Assembly: GCA_032718475.1 (NCBI GenBank)
Contig: JAUCBJ010002273.1
Span: 1 to 64,000, forward strand
Origin: Nemertoderma westbladi
Lineage: Eukaryota > Animalia > Xenacoelomorpha
Reading direction: 5' to 3'
Length of the DNA: 64,000 nucleotides
Part shown: positions 11,801 through 21,930 of the stretch, one piece after another
Numbering within the stretch: position 1 is the first letter of the stretch
Layout of the letters: each line of letters begins with the position of its first letter
The notes under the pieces: model-generated
What the model was told of the DNA's origin: nothing
The model's database searches: none
The model's input: only the letters and a program-made list of their open reading frames with translations
Position numbers and translations under genes: made by a program

Positions 11801-13152
11801 TTCTTTTCGAGTTGGTTCTCTTCCGCTCGTTGTCTCATACGCTCGTCTAGAAACTCCTGGAGAGAGTACGTGCGTCCCAGCTCTATGTCGTCCTCGAGGT
11901 TTTGTATCTCTCGATCGAACTGTGGTAAGGCTAAATCCTTCACCGCTTGAACTTGTTGCTGTAATCTACGTTTTTCGAGGTAATCCTGTGTTCCCTTCCC
12001 GATTTTCTGTCGAATAGCGTCTAAAGCATTTCTAATAACGCTCTCTTCGACTTCCGTGGCAGGTTGAATCGGGGTTAATCCGGGGCGGTTGTAGGGATTA
12101 AATGGCGATATAAGATGCCCGCGTCCTAATCCGGCTAGGTAGGATGGTCTAATGTCTAAAGAGCCCACTACCGGAGTACCACCTATTAACTGTTCAGGTA
12201 ACACCAAGTCTTTGAACAGAGAATATAGTTCGGGAGGATCGGTGATACTATTAGGATCAAGAGTTTGAGGTCTAACGGGGGAATGAGGAGGCCTAACCGA
12301 GTATTCCGGAACTCTGATCAGGGGTTTATTGAGTGATCGTTTGAGGCGGGCGACCGTGGGCGACACATCGAATAGGTTTCGCTCGAAACTCCCGTACGTA
12401 CAACGCGTAAAACTATGTTTAGCGCAACGTCTCCGCGGATGTTTATGTCTTTCCGTTTGTTGGTTGGGTCTAGGGCATTCGTCACAATAATACCATAGAC
12501 GTAAGTCCTGTAGAGGGAATGCGGGTGATCGTTCTCCCGTTTTGCAATACTCCTCCATTTGTGCAAAGCTATCGGGAACCACGGGTAGCGGACGATCGGC
12601 CGTGAGATACATCATGGTGAAGTATAGTCGTTGGAGTTCTATCATGGGATCATGATGTATACCTTGAGGATATCGAGTCTCTAGGTTTTGTTGACTGGCA
12701 ATATTGAGATAAGTTTCTCTCAAAAATTCCAGGTAGTCGTTGAAGTTGATACGCTTATCAGGTTCCTCAACGTTTTCTCGGTCGAGCCGGTTACGAATAG
12801 AGTTCTCGTGGTCTATTCTTGGTTTATCGTTACGACTCCGCTGAGCGTGGTATTTAAACAAAACCATTTCTCTTTCGGTGTCTACATCGTCCGTATCATG
12901 TAGGTCGATCGGATGGCCGGTGGTTAGAAAGTCCATATACGTACCATTACGGTGCGTGTAGCGAGCGGTGAATTTTCTATAGTCCAATTCACGCGTGAGT
13001 TGTTCTTGGGACATCGGCGGTTCGATGTAACGACCATCTTCCTCGGCAGCAGTGGGACCGGGTTCACCACTCACCAAGCTATCCACAAACGCCTGCAAAG
13101 GTACATTATATCGCTCCCTGACACCAAGATCATCTTCTATCAATTCCGTCAT
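8899..13152 (-). CDS. Retrotransposon accessory protein (~1417 aa): N-terminal Cys/His cluster, coiled coil, DEDDy/DnaQ-like 3'-5' exonuclease domain, CCHC zinc knuckles, basic C-terminus
   Basis: Uninterrupted ORF. The ATG at 13152 (MTELIEDDLG) is conserved in copy B, whereas the track's TTG start is not. ExoI VVTYDNEG, LPQPVLEMLFNEKILKIGSAVYGD (ExoII), FVDTQLIA, SIGHIAFQEYG, PLRPSLAIYTILE (ExoIII). Knuckles CRLCASRDH, CAYC..H..C and CHHCQLKGHASFDC. Tail KKLRKRRPRKKD. Confidence 0.8.
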   Translation of the reverse strand: MTELIEDDLGVRERYNVPLQAFVDSLVSGEPGPTAAEEDGRYIEPPMSQEQLTRELDYRKFTARYTHRNGTYMDFLTTGHPIDLHDTDDVDTEREMVLFKYHAQRSRNDKPRIDHENSIRNRLDRENVEEPDKRINFNDYLEFLRETYLNIASQQNLETRYPQGIHHDPMIELQRLYFTMMYLTADRPLPVVPDSFAQMEEYCKTGERSPAFPLQDLRLWYYCDECPRPNQQTERHKHPRRRCAKHSFTRCTYGSFERNLFDVSPTVARLKRSLNKPLIRVPEYSVRPPHSPVRPQTLDPNSITDPPELYSLFKDLVLPEQLIGGTPVVGSLDIRPSYLAGLGRGHLISPFNPYNRPGLTPIQPATEVEESVIRNALDAIRQKIGKGTQDYLEKRRLQQQVQAVKDLALPQFDREIQNLEDDIELGRTYSLQEFLDERMRQRAEENQLEKKHTEMDEREEAALAQPETQILMTDLYSKTIRHPSMIPNFGDKLFAKVQPQPVDISTGSHQLIADAPMLQRPPIEAARVDGILVEPPDNRADLVRRMVHDVNIRARPLTNSFYGIKDHPYYVNLTQYYMIKPEDPMHSLKFLPLINPLDIVELEQLQKHLDQLVKVNSFRKPYNISRIENDTIPPYNLDGFIKTRLVHWNLDVLFEEERIKRHGNMETCNTQSLKYSDLPDANQCATLWHPVGMTLENATKEWNETLNIIEMYGVVTYDNEGSVPVGELGTTRMIHIRGLAGSTHVFTRACSDVVDYSFETLTETQKNLRHGQFVLAQRYVIDTERKPAMGIDGSMLPQPVLEMLFNEKILKIGSAVYGDLQNDFRNMEDTPYPFVDTQLIAPWAEGRGFFRTMYANTSNDITKVQRTSIGHIAFQEYGWNFKVGNSLNYQQVYGDHYSRLYFDGPLTAPGAVYSFMSVPLRPSLAIYTILENTALSGWLADVCSRTIRAHPLILGTKLAKLDEHNKFIRFECFRRFLTPFHNVDSQFKDRALTKLSLRSSAAEKLDSAGFALFKDICIENLHSSVIQRPRLTTGYSVVEIQTVGPPEESTTLAAATHWEDEPMCMESEEIQPTTPRNSDNDYIIEWYQGPQCLTAYDYRHANYVDRQRCRLCASRDHITPMDTNILCSYFHEQPSMEIYCAYCRLNDSHIFAVCPQFMMQCHHCQLKGHASFDCPFNKDLESVDEMIVLRYIRAWEANADLHCNSRHRYYPGRAYEGVYAFHPYLFASVEQKACIPSYELLKRVGECISTKFVRKFLRRVNPNDIHSYYLINFIRRDPDYGELFVNSHPELQEVYRRPYEYRARERELERTVKPRQFLTAYGPPTASVQTTRRGPVRAAVLKRALKAVRPQSPDVDDNLPGTSTGGYTDNNPAPSDAIILHPSPRSYSPPCKVARPKEKRTLASFKKLRKRRPRKKD

Positions 13153-13195
13153 ATTTGCTATCGAATCCACCAATATTATAACAAGTTATATGTTT

Positions 13196-13370
13196 TAGGT
13201 CAGCGGGCGTCGCTGCCTACTAATCGCGGCCCCCCGGACAGTGGGATTCTCAGCGCCGATGTACCGCTGTCGCGGTGTTTACGCCAACGTTGTGGCAACA
13301 GCACGACAACGATAACCGACACAAGTCCCTCCACTGTCCGTCCCAAAGGCTTGTTATCACTTGAGGTTCT
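13196..13370 (-). promoter_or_regulatory. Conserved structured RNA element upstream of the accessory ORF (IRES candidate), copy A
   Basis: 10-bp helix 13235-13244/13331-13340 encloses nested helices. 3' hairpin UAGGCAGCG-ACGCC-CGCUGACCUA. Near-identical to 59881-60052 with pairing-preserving changes. Confidence 0.55.
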
Positions 13371-13879
13371 TGCTATGGGAGAGTTGGGTTATCTTACAAT
13401 TGCGACTAGCTACTGTAAACACACCTTAGCAGCAACATTCACCTACAAACGCATAAATTCCACACAACAGCTACCAACTACCATCCTACAGGCCATTTGT
13501 CCGTTAGTCAATGCCTTCCAGAATGTCACGTTGTTGTTATTGTGTATCCTTGGATACCAACCGTGTGCTATACAATCACTATGCTGAGTAACGGTACAAG
13601 TTTTCTATTGTTCTTTTAACTCGTTTTTTAATTCTAGCGTGGGTGTTGCTATGGTGACATTATGTAAAGCTAGCGGTAGAATTAGGGTAGTTCTCATGCA
13701 TACAGATCTGGGATGTTGTTTGATAGTAAGTCTTTAGTTTGTCCATATCCTCTTTACACATGATTTTAGAAATTTTATCGGCTATTGACTATATGTTGGA
13801 GATTCTCGCACTCTAGCGACTGGGGGGGGGAACTGGCCAACAAGGCAAACGAATCAGTTATCCCACAAAAGCTTTTACA

Positions 13880-15500
13880 GTAGCGCCCACCCCTACCCTT
13901 GGGCAGCAGATAGGAGTAGCGCCCACCCCTACCCTTGGGCAGCAGATAGGAGTAGCGCCCACCCCCACCTTCGGGTAGCAGATAGGAGTAGCGCCCACCC
14001 CTACCTTCGGGTAGCAGATAGGAGTAGCGCCCACCCCTACCTTCGGGTAGCAGATAGGAGTATCGCCCACCCCTACCCTTGGGCAGCAGATAGGAGTAGC
14101 GCCCACCCCTACCTTCGGGCAGCAGATAGTAGTAGCGCCCACCCCTACCTTCGGGTAGCAGATAGGAGTAACGCCCACCCCTACCCTTGGGCAGCAGATA
14201 GGAGTAGCGCCCACCCCTACCCTTGGGTAGCAGATAGGAGTAGCTCCCACCCCTACCCTTGGGTAGCAGATAGGAGTAGCGCCCACCCCTACCCTTGGGC
14301 AGCAGATAGGAGTAGCGCCCACCCCTATCCTTGGGCAGCAGATAGGAGTAGCGCCCACCCCTACCCAGCTACCCTTGGGCAGCAGATAGGAGTAGCGCCC
14401 ACCCCTACCTTCGGGTAGCAGATAGGAGTAGCGCCCACCCCTACCTTCGGGTAGCAGATAGGAGTAGCGCCCACCCCTACCTTCGGGTAGCAGATAGGAG
14501 TATCGCCCACTCCTACCCTTGGGCAGCAGATAGGAGTAGCGCCCACCCCTACCTTCGGGCAGCAGATAGGAGTAGCGCCCACCCCTACCTTCGGGTAGCA
14601 GATAGGAGTAGCGCCCACCCCTACCTTCGGGTAGCAGATAGGAGTAGCGCCCACCCCTACCCTTGGGCAGCAGATAGGAGTAGCGCCCACCCCTACCCTT
14701 GGGCAGCAGATAGGAGTAGCGCCCACCCCTACCCTTGGGCAGCAGATAGGAGTAGCGTCCACCCCTACCCTTGGGCAGCAGATAGGAGTAGCGCCCACCC
14801 CTACCTTCGGGCAGCAGATAGGAGTAGCGCCCACCCCTACCTTCGGGTAGCAGATAGGAGTATCGCCACCCCTACCTTCGGGTAGCAGATAGGAGTAGCG
14901 CCCACCCCTACCTTCGGGTAGCAGATAGGAGTAGCGCCCACCCCTACCTTCGGGTAGCAGATAGGAGTATCGCCCACCCCTACCCTTGGGCAGCAGATAG
15001 GAGTAGCGCCCACCCCTACCTTCGGGTAGCAGATAGGAATATCGCCCACCCCTACATTCGGGTAGCAGATAGGAGTAGCGCCCACCCCTACCTTCGGGTA
15101 ACAGATAGGAGTATCACCCACCCCTACCTTCGGGTAGCAGATAGGAGTAGCTCCCACCCCTATCTTCGGGTAGCAGATAGGAGTAGCGCCCACCCCTACC
15201 TTCGGGTAGCAGATAGGAGTAGCGCCCACCCCTACCTTCGGGTAGCATATAGGAATATCGCCCACCCCTACATTCGGGTAGCAGATAGGAGTAGCGCCCA
15301 CCCCTACCCTTGGGTAGCAGATAGGAGTAGCGCCCACCCCTACCCTTGGGTAGCAGATAGGAGTAGCGCCCACCCCTACCTTCGGGTAGCAGATAGGAGT
15401 AGCGCCCACCCCTACCCTTGGGCAGCAGATAGGAGTAGCTCCCACCCCTACCCTTGGGTAGCAGATAGGAGTAGCGCCCACCCCTACCTTAGGGTAGCAG
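13880..15500. repeat. 36-bp GC-rich tandem array (~45 units)
   Basis: Unit GTAGCGCCCACCCCTACC(TTCG/CTTG)GG(T/C)AGCAGATAGGA. The 12-aa periodic ORFs are a by-product of the repeat. Confidence 0.97.
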
Positions 15501-17131
15501 CTATCGAAAGAATAGCCTTCGGGTCGCCTCCGGCTTCGTTCGACTGTTTCCTTTTTTATTGCTTTTCTACCAAAAACACTCCTGATCATTTTTAGCGAAA
15601 TTTATTCGTAAACGTTTTATTGGCAATGGTATTTTATTTCATGCGGGGAAATTCTGTAATTTAATTTAAATTGAAATGTATGAAGAAATGGTCACGCATA
15701 TTAACATACAATAATACATAAAGGTAAAGGTATTAAAAATAGCCTTTATTCGTGAAATTCGTCATTCTGAAATAAATAATATGTTTAATTGAAAAATTGT
15801 AAATATCCCGCGATTTTAGATAACAAAATTTTTCTTTGTTCGACCATGACCTACTATAAATACTGTAAGACCATGAAAGCTGCAATCTGCCTACTAAATT
15901 TAGTAGGCACACGTTTTTAAAATCATTTATTTTATTTTTGAAGGATTTTATAATAAAAGTCTTCTAGAACATTTTTTTATGATTCTTTTCAATAGTAAGT
16001 ATTATAATTTTGAAACAACTTATTTTAATAGCTATTTTTATGTATTATTGGTAAATGCCAGTTCCACTTCGTTGGTGCGTACCTACGCCATCTCCTGGAA
16101 TATTGTGTCTTAAATTCAGCGCCTTGGCCACCAATTATTCTACAAATCTTAATGCGTCAGAATATTTATTTTCGCTTTCAATCCTTAACTACAAGCGTTT
16201 GAAAGGTGTTTTATTGAGTCTATTTAATTACTATCTATCCTGGAGACAGGGGGGAAAACTGGACGCAAAACCCGCCTTGGCGAATTAATATCCCGTCTCA
16301 ATGTTAAATTCTCGATTTAGGAAAAGGAACAGGTTACAGTGGCACGTTATTTTAACCAAAACAATAAACTAAACACAATAGAACAGGTTACAGTTTTATT
16401 TTTGAGAGTAATCAGCTGTTATTTGCGTCCAATTTCCCCTGGAGAGGGATGAATTTTTTATTGCGTCCAGTTTCCCCTCCTATCTGCTATTAGGACACAG
16501 TTTTTATTACATTATCGTGTTCTACACTGTGTTCTATACGTGTTCTACAGTAGATTGTTTAGCATTTAAATAGCCTCGAGACGATGCTAAAACTTGCCAC
16601 TTCCGATTGCTAATATTCCACTCAATTTCATTAACATTCAGAGGGGGGTGGGTTGCACTGAATTAAGACAAAAAAATGTCTTGTATTTTTTATATAATTT
16701 TTTGTTATTTATGCTACTGTAGCAACCATAGCTAGTGTTTTTTTTGGGAGCTAGTGTTTTTTTAAACATTGTGTTTTTACTAGCAAATAGTGAAGAAAGA
16801 CAAAAGCAAATAAATAGTTGATATTGTTCAATCTTGTGGAATGTTTATTGTTTATAATGTTTTCAATAATGATGATGAGTACCGGTAAACTACAGTTCTA
16901 TAATTTAGCTATTATTTACATGACGCGACTCAGTTTGAATTCTTTTACTGAAGATTCTCTCACTGCCTGTGAGGCTTTGCATCGATTATTTACAAATATG
17001 TTTACGAGAGGGTGAAAAAGTAATTCTTGTAATTAGTTCGGTATGGGAAGGACAACCTTAGCCCCCCCCCCCAAGGCGACCTTTACGGTCGCCTTGGTCT
17101 TACGGTGGTTACGGTCTTAAAGGTCGCCTTG

Positions 17132-18623
17132 GGCCCCCATCACACGGAGCAACTTGTTTCTGCAACTTGTTTTTGAAACTAGTTGCTGGACCCCCTCACA
17201 CACAGAAACAAGTTGCTGCAACTTGTTTCTGCAACTTGTTTCAGCGGCACTAGTGTGTTATAGGTACACCACCCCTCATTTTTTTCTAGCTTGTTTTTTG
17301 CTATTTATTTTTATGAACATGTTCTAGAACATGTTAGCTATTAAAAAAAAATATATATATGTTCTAGAAAAAATAGTTTTTGTTCTAGAACAATTTAAAA
17401 AAAAATTAAAAAAATTAATGTACTATTTTTATTTTTTAATAATGTTCTAGAACATGTTAGCTATTCAGAACTAGAAAAAAAAAGTTCTAGAACAAATAGT
17501 TTTTGTTCTAGAACAGTTCAAAAAATATAAAATTGTTTTTTAATTTTATTTAGAATTTGTTTCATATAATTTTTAATCGTTGCTGGCAAGATGGGTTTGG
17601 GGGGGGGGGGGGGGGGGGGTTAGCTAGTATTTTTTTAATAGCTAATTAAAATTAACAAAAGTCACTGTATTGAAGGTCATTACTGTATATACTGAAATTA
17701 ATGATATGCTTAGGATACGTAGGCCTATACTGTATAATATTTATTATTTAGCAGACAGCGGGTAATATTTTCTGATCAAATCCAACAGATCAGAAAATGG
17801 GTTTTCTTTGTGTAAAAGCTTTCTCCAACGAAATTCAGCTAGTTGTTGGGCGAAAGTCAAATCTTAGCTATAGAAATTCGAATATTATAGAAAATTCACT
17901 TTCCCTGACATCAAATAAAACATAACTAACAAAAAATAAAATTAGTAAGCTTTTTTTAAAATTTGTTCTAGAACAACAAATATTTGTTCTAGAACATTTT
18001 ATTATTTTTTTTCAAATGTATCTCATGTTCTAGAACATTTCATAAAAATAAATAGCAAAAACTAGCTAGTAAAAAAAATTTAAGGGGGGGGGGGTGTACC
18101 TATAACACACTACCGTTTCAGCAACTAGTTGCTGGACCCCCTCACACACAGAAACTTGTTGCTCAAGAAAATAACAATTATTTCAAAACAAATAGCTAAC
18201 ATGTCCAGTGATTTATATATAATATCAAATCACTCAATTTATCGAATATTAGCTCTAATCTAAAAATTGGATGTAAAAAAGATTTTAAAAAAAGTTGCTG
18301 GGTATATAACTTCCAGCAACTTGTTGCTGGACCCCCTCACACACAGCAATAAGTTTCGGAAACAAGTTGCAGCAACTTGTTGCTGGACTCCTCACACACA
18401 GAAACAAGTTGCTGAAACAAGTTCCAGCAACAAGTTTCTGTGTGTGAGGGGGTCCATCAACAAGTTGCTGAAACAAGTTTCGGAAACAAGTTGCAGCAAC
18501 TTGTTGCTGGACTCCTCACACACAGAAACAAGTTGCTGAAACAAGTTGCAGCAACAAGTTTCTGTGTGTGAGGGGGTCCAGCAACAAGTTTCAGAAACAA
18601 GTTGCTCCGTGTGAGCGGGGTCT
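17132..18623. mobile_element. PIF/Harbinger-like MITE with internal GCAACTTGTT / CCCCTCACACACAG repeats
   Basis: TIRs GGCCCCCATCACACGGAGCAACTTGTTTC ... GAAACAAGTTGCTCCGTGTGAGCGGGGTCT. Confidence 0.65.
17246..18114. mobile_element. Merlin-like MITE nested in the Harbinger-like MITE
   Basis: GG...CC termini with TIR core TAGTGTGTTATAGGTACACC. Perfect 8-bp TSD GTTTCAGC at 17238-17245 and 18115-18122. Confidence 0.75.
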
Positions 18624-20344
18624 TAGGGATAATTATCACATAGTTTGGTTAGAGTCGAAATTGCTGCTTTGCGCAACTGAAAAGTTTTTTCAAGCAAATC
18701 TTCAACGGTTATTACAATTTTAAACGTTTCTTTAACAAATGCGCACAACTGTCTTGTGAGTCTTCCCATGTCAAGGAAACTGTGGTAAAATTAGTTGGTA
18801 ACAGTTTCATTTTGTAAAACGGCCGCATAGTTTTGGAACCCTTTCCTACCATTTCTGTTGATAATTTTATGGTAAAGAAAACCCAAAACAATTTAATTTC
18901 GACTTTCAGCAGCAATGCAAATTGATTCGTAGTCATTTTCTGATTCACCACTTGATTCAACTTCATCAACGTCGATATTTTCTTTAATCAGGGATCGGAG
19001 CTGCGAGATGTTTATTTGATTGTGAGGTTTCTTTTAGACTGACAAGAAATCGACCTCAGCACATTTGTCGGTAACACGAGAATCGCCGCTCTAATGGATC
19101 TGTTTGTAATCTGCCGGTCATCAATCTTCTGCAAGATCAGCAACTGCTCGATTTGTTGACTAAAAATCTCAGTTTAGCTAATTTCATTTACAATAGATAC
19201 CTGGAAAAAACACTAGCTAGCATAGATAACAAAAAATATATCAAAAATACAGGATATTTTTTTGCCTTAATTCAGTGCAACCCCACCCCCCTCTGAATCT
19301 TAATGAAATTGAGTGGAATATTAGCATTCGGAAGTGGCATGTTTTATCATTATTGTCTCGAGGCTTTTAATTACTTTTCAAACGCTTGTAGTTAAGGATT
19401 GAAAGCGAAAATAAATATTCTGACGCACCCAGTATGGATAAGGGAGGTAAAACAATATATATTTCAAATTTCATTAAGATTTGTAGAGTAATAATTGGTG
19501 GCCAAGTCACTGAATTAAGACACAATATTCCAGGAGATGGCGTAGGTACGCACCAACGAAGTGGAACTGGCATTTACCAATAATATATAAAAATAGCTAT
19601 TAAAATAAGTTGTTTCTAAATTATAATACTTACGATTGAAATGAATCATAAAAAATGTTCTAGAAGACTTTTATTATAAAAACCTTCAAAAATAAAATAA
19701 ATGATTTTAAAAACGTGTGCCTACTAAATTTAGTAGGTAGAATGCAGCATTCATGGTCGTATATATACAGTAGTAGGTCATGGTTCGACCATAACTTTAC
19801 CGTGGGAGACTTTCTGATGAAATTGGCCTTATTCAATTGTATGTGGCGAATCTGGGCTAGAGAGCTAGCGATAGAGAGATAGAGAGATAGAGTCCTTCGA
19901 TGTGATTCCGTAGAGCACCAGTCGCCGTTTTTGGCTGTCGCATCGCAACAGTGTCAGCACCCGGTTAGAGTAGTTGAGGATCGAAGTGTGGCGAAGCAAA
20001 CATTAGGGGAATTTCGGGAGAAGTGTAGAAAAACCTGAGGAGCAACGTACTATATAATTAATGTAATTGGATAAAACACCAAAATAAAGAACAATTAAAG
20101 AAACTTTTCCTAAACTTTTATGGAGGGGTTTGCACAAGAAGCTGAGATTTTGACTGAGAAGTGAAATTTTTGCCGCGTGCAGGGGCTTTAAATACCCCCT
20201 GAAGCTGAGCCGTGATTGGTGGAACGTTTCGATCCGCCTTTTAGGTAATGAATCGACTTGCTCTAGGACACGGTCATAGGGAACACTTGAGGGTTTACGT
20301 TTCGATCCGCTTTATGAAAGGGAGATCCAAATGTGGAGAAATAA

Positions 20345-20915
20345 CTACTACTACGATCGGCATGCTGCATTGCAGCTGCATTATATATATATATTACATA
20401 TATATTAGGAATGCTGTGCCGGCTTGTCGACAAAATTGCGCCGCCGCCGCCACAACACCGTATCACCCATGACATTTGCTAGATCATCCACATCTTCAAG
20501 GCCAGTGTCCTTTAAGATGCTTCTCAAGAAAGTCATGGGCCATCCACCATGCTTATTCACTCCATGAGATGAGGGCGCCAAAGCACAAACGGCTAAAGCA
20601 ATGTCCTGCAAGGCGGAGGCGGTTCTGTTCAAGTGTCAAGCTAAGAGAGACTAATGATAAACCTCCAATGTTATATAGTGTCTGGTTGGAGATGTGTGCA
20701 TTGTACTTGACACAGTGACCCCGGCGCAGCATTCTTGTGAAAGTGCCATCCAAATATTTGAATGTACCGACATACTGACTAACAGGTTCTATATTTTTTT
20801 GTAGTTAAAGGGTGTAAGACTCTAGTGTTTACCTTAAAGTTAATATCCAAATATTTGGTATCCCCCTGCTGTTAGAGCCAGCATGGACTCCCATATAAGA
20901 GCACTGGTACTACTA
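20345..20915 (-). mobile_element. RTE LINE 3' fragment
   Basis: MDGTFTRMLRR..RLRLAGHC, KDTGLEDVDDLANVMGD..WRR. (CTA)n at 20345 is the (TAG)n tail on the minus strand. Confidence 0.75.
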
Positions 20916-21930
20916 TTTCGTTTCGATCCGCTTTATGAAAGGGGGATCCAAATGTGCAGAAATAAGCTAAAGGGCACGGCCATATGGCACTAAGGAAGAC
21001 GTGAAAGTTTACGTTTCGAGCCGGTTTATGAAAGGGGGATTCAAACGTGGAGAAATAATTGCGGTTTAGAATTTAGATTTGTTGCCGTCAAAAATACTGA
21101 AACAAGCACCCAGTTAGGGCTTTTAAACATGTAAAACATGTATATCACATGTAAAACATCATGCTGCTCGGAGGCAGGTCAAAATAACAGACAAGCGCAA
21201 TAACTCGAGTTTGAGAAAATATATGAGCAAAACTGCTAGCTGATTTGAAATCTAAATTAAATTCTTTCGCACATGATAGGGTCACAAAAATTTTGACAAT
21301 TTCCATAATGGGAGGGTTTGTAAATTTATACTTAAGTGCTTCTTTCCGAGACTTTTTTCTAAATGAAGAACATTACTTTTTTGGGTGCTAAATTTCTCAG
21401 CAAGTCCTGTAAAGATCCCAGGTAGCACAAATACGTAAATTTACGGTAAATTTACGTTCAGTATTGTCCTACCTCATACAATCCCTACACCCTATCCTAC
21501 GGCCCTACACCTACAATACTCTATACATTTACAGAAGGAAGCATCAGAGTATATATAGAAATATTTAATTGATAGTAATATGATAGATTATTCATATTGA
21601 TGAATCTATAAAAATTAATTAATTTTAAGACCTTATAATTGGTATTTGAAATTCTATATCTATTCGAAAAGGCAATAATACACACAAAAAGCAATTGAAG
21701 CGTAAGAAAGGTTTAATTAATATGATAAATCTGTAAATTCAAAAATTATGTTTTGCTGTACAAATTATATACTATTACGTACAAGTACATATACTAATTC
21801 GTTTATTGTTTTGGTTAGATTCAGCCCTTCTGTAACCTGTGTTTTTTGTGAAAACCTGGTATTCTTCACATGGGGGTAACTGCAAAGTGAAATATAACGG
21901 CAGAAACTCTGGTATTTTTCACATGGGGCC

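Larger units (their letters stand above)
15843..19784. mobile_element. Large foldback / non-autonomous DNA transposon with long inverted arms, carrying nested insertions
   Basis: ~15843-16205 is the reverse complement of ~19378-19784, and ~16572-16735 of ~19205-19365. The left arm is interrupted by a small inverted-repeat element (~16247-16480). Confidence 0.75.

Noticed and set aside
8899-13152. Accessory ORF as gag or env
   Set aside because: It lies 3' of pol and has no signal peptide or transmembrane helix. The knuckles follow an exonuclease-like domain rather than a recognisable capsid region.
13858-15589. Cys-rich GATPICCPRVGV repeat protein
   Set aside because: Frames are broken by indels and start at non-ATG or arbitrary codons. 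It is simply the 36-bp array.
19810-19860. CTGATGA as a hammerhead ribozyme core
   Set aside because: No properly placed stem II/GAAA or cleavage-site helix.
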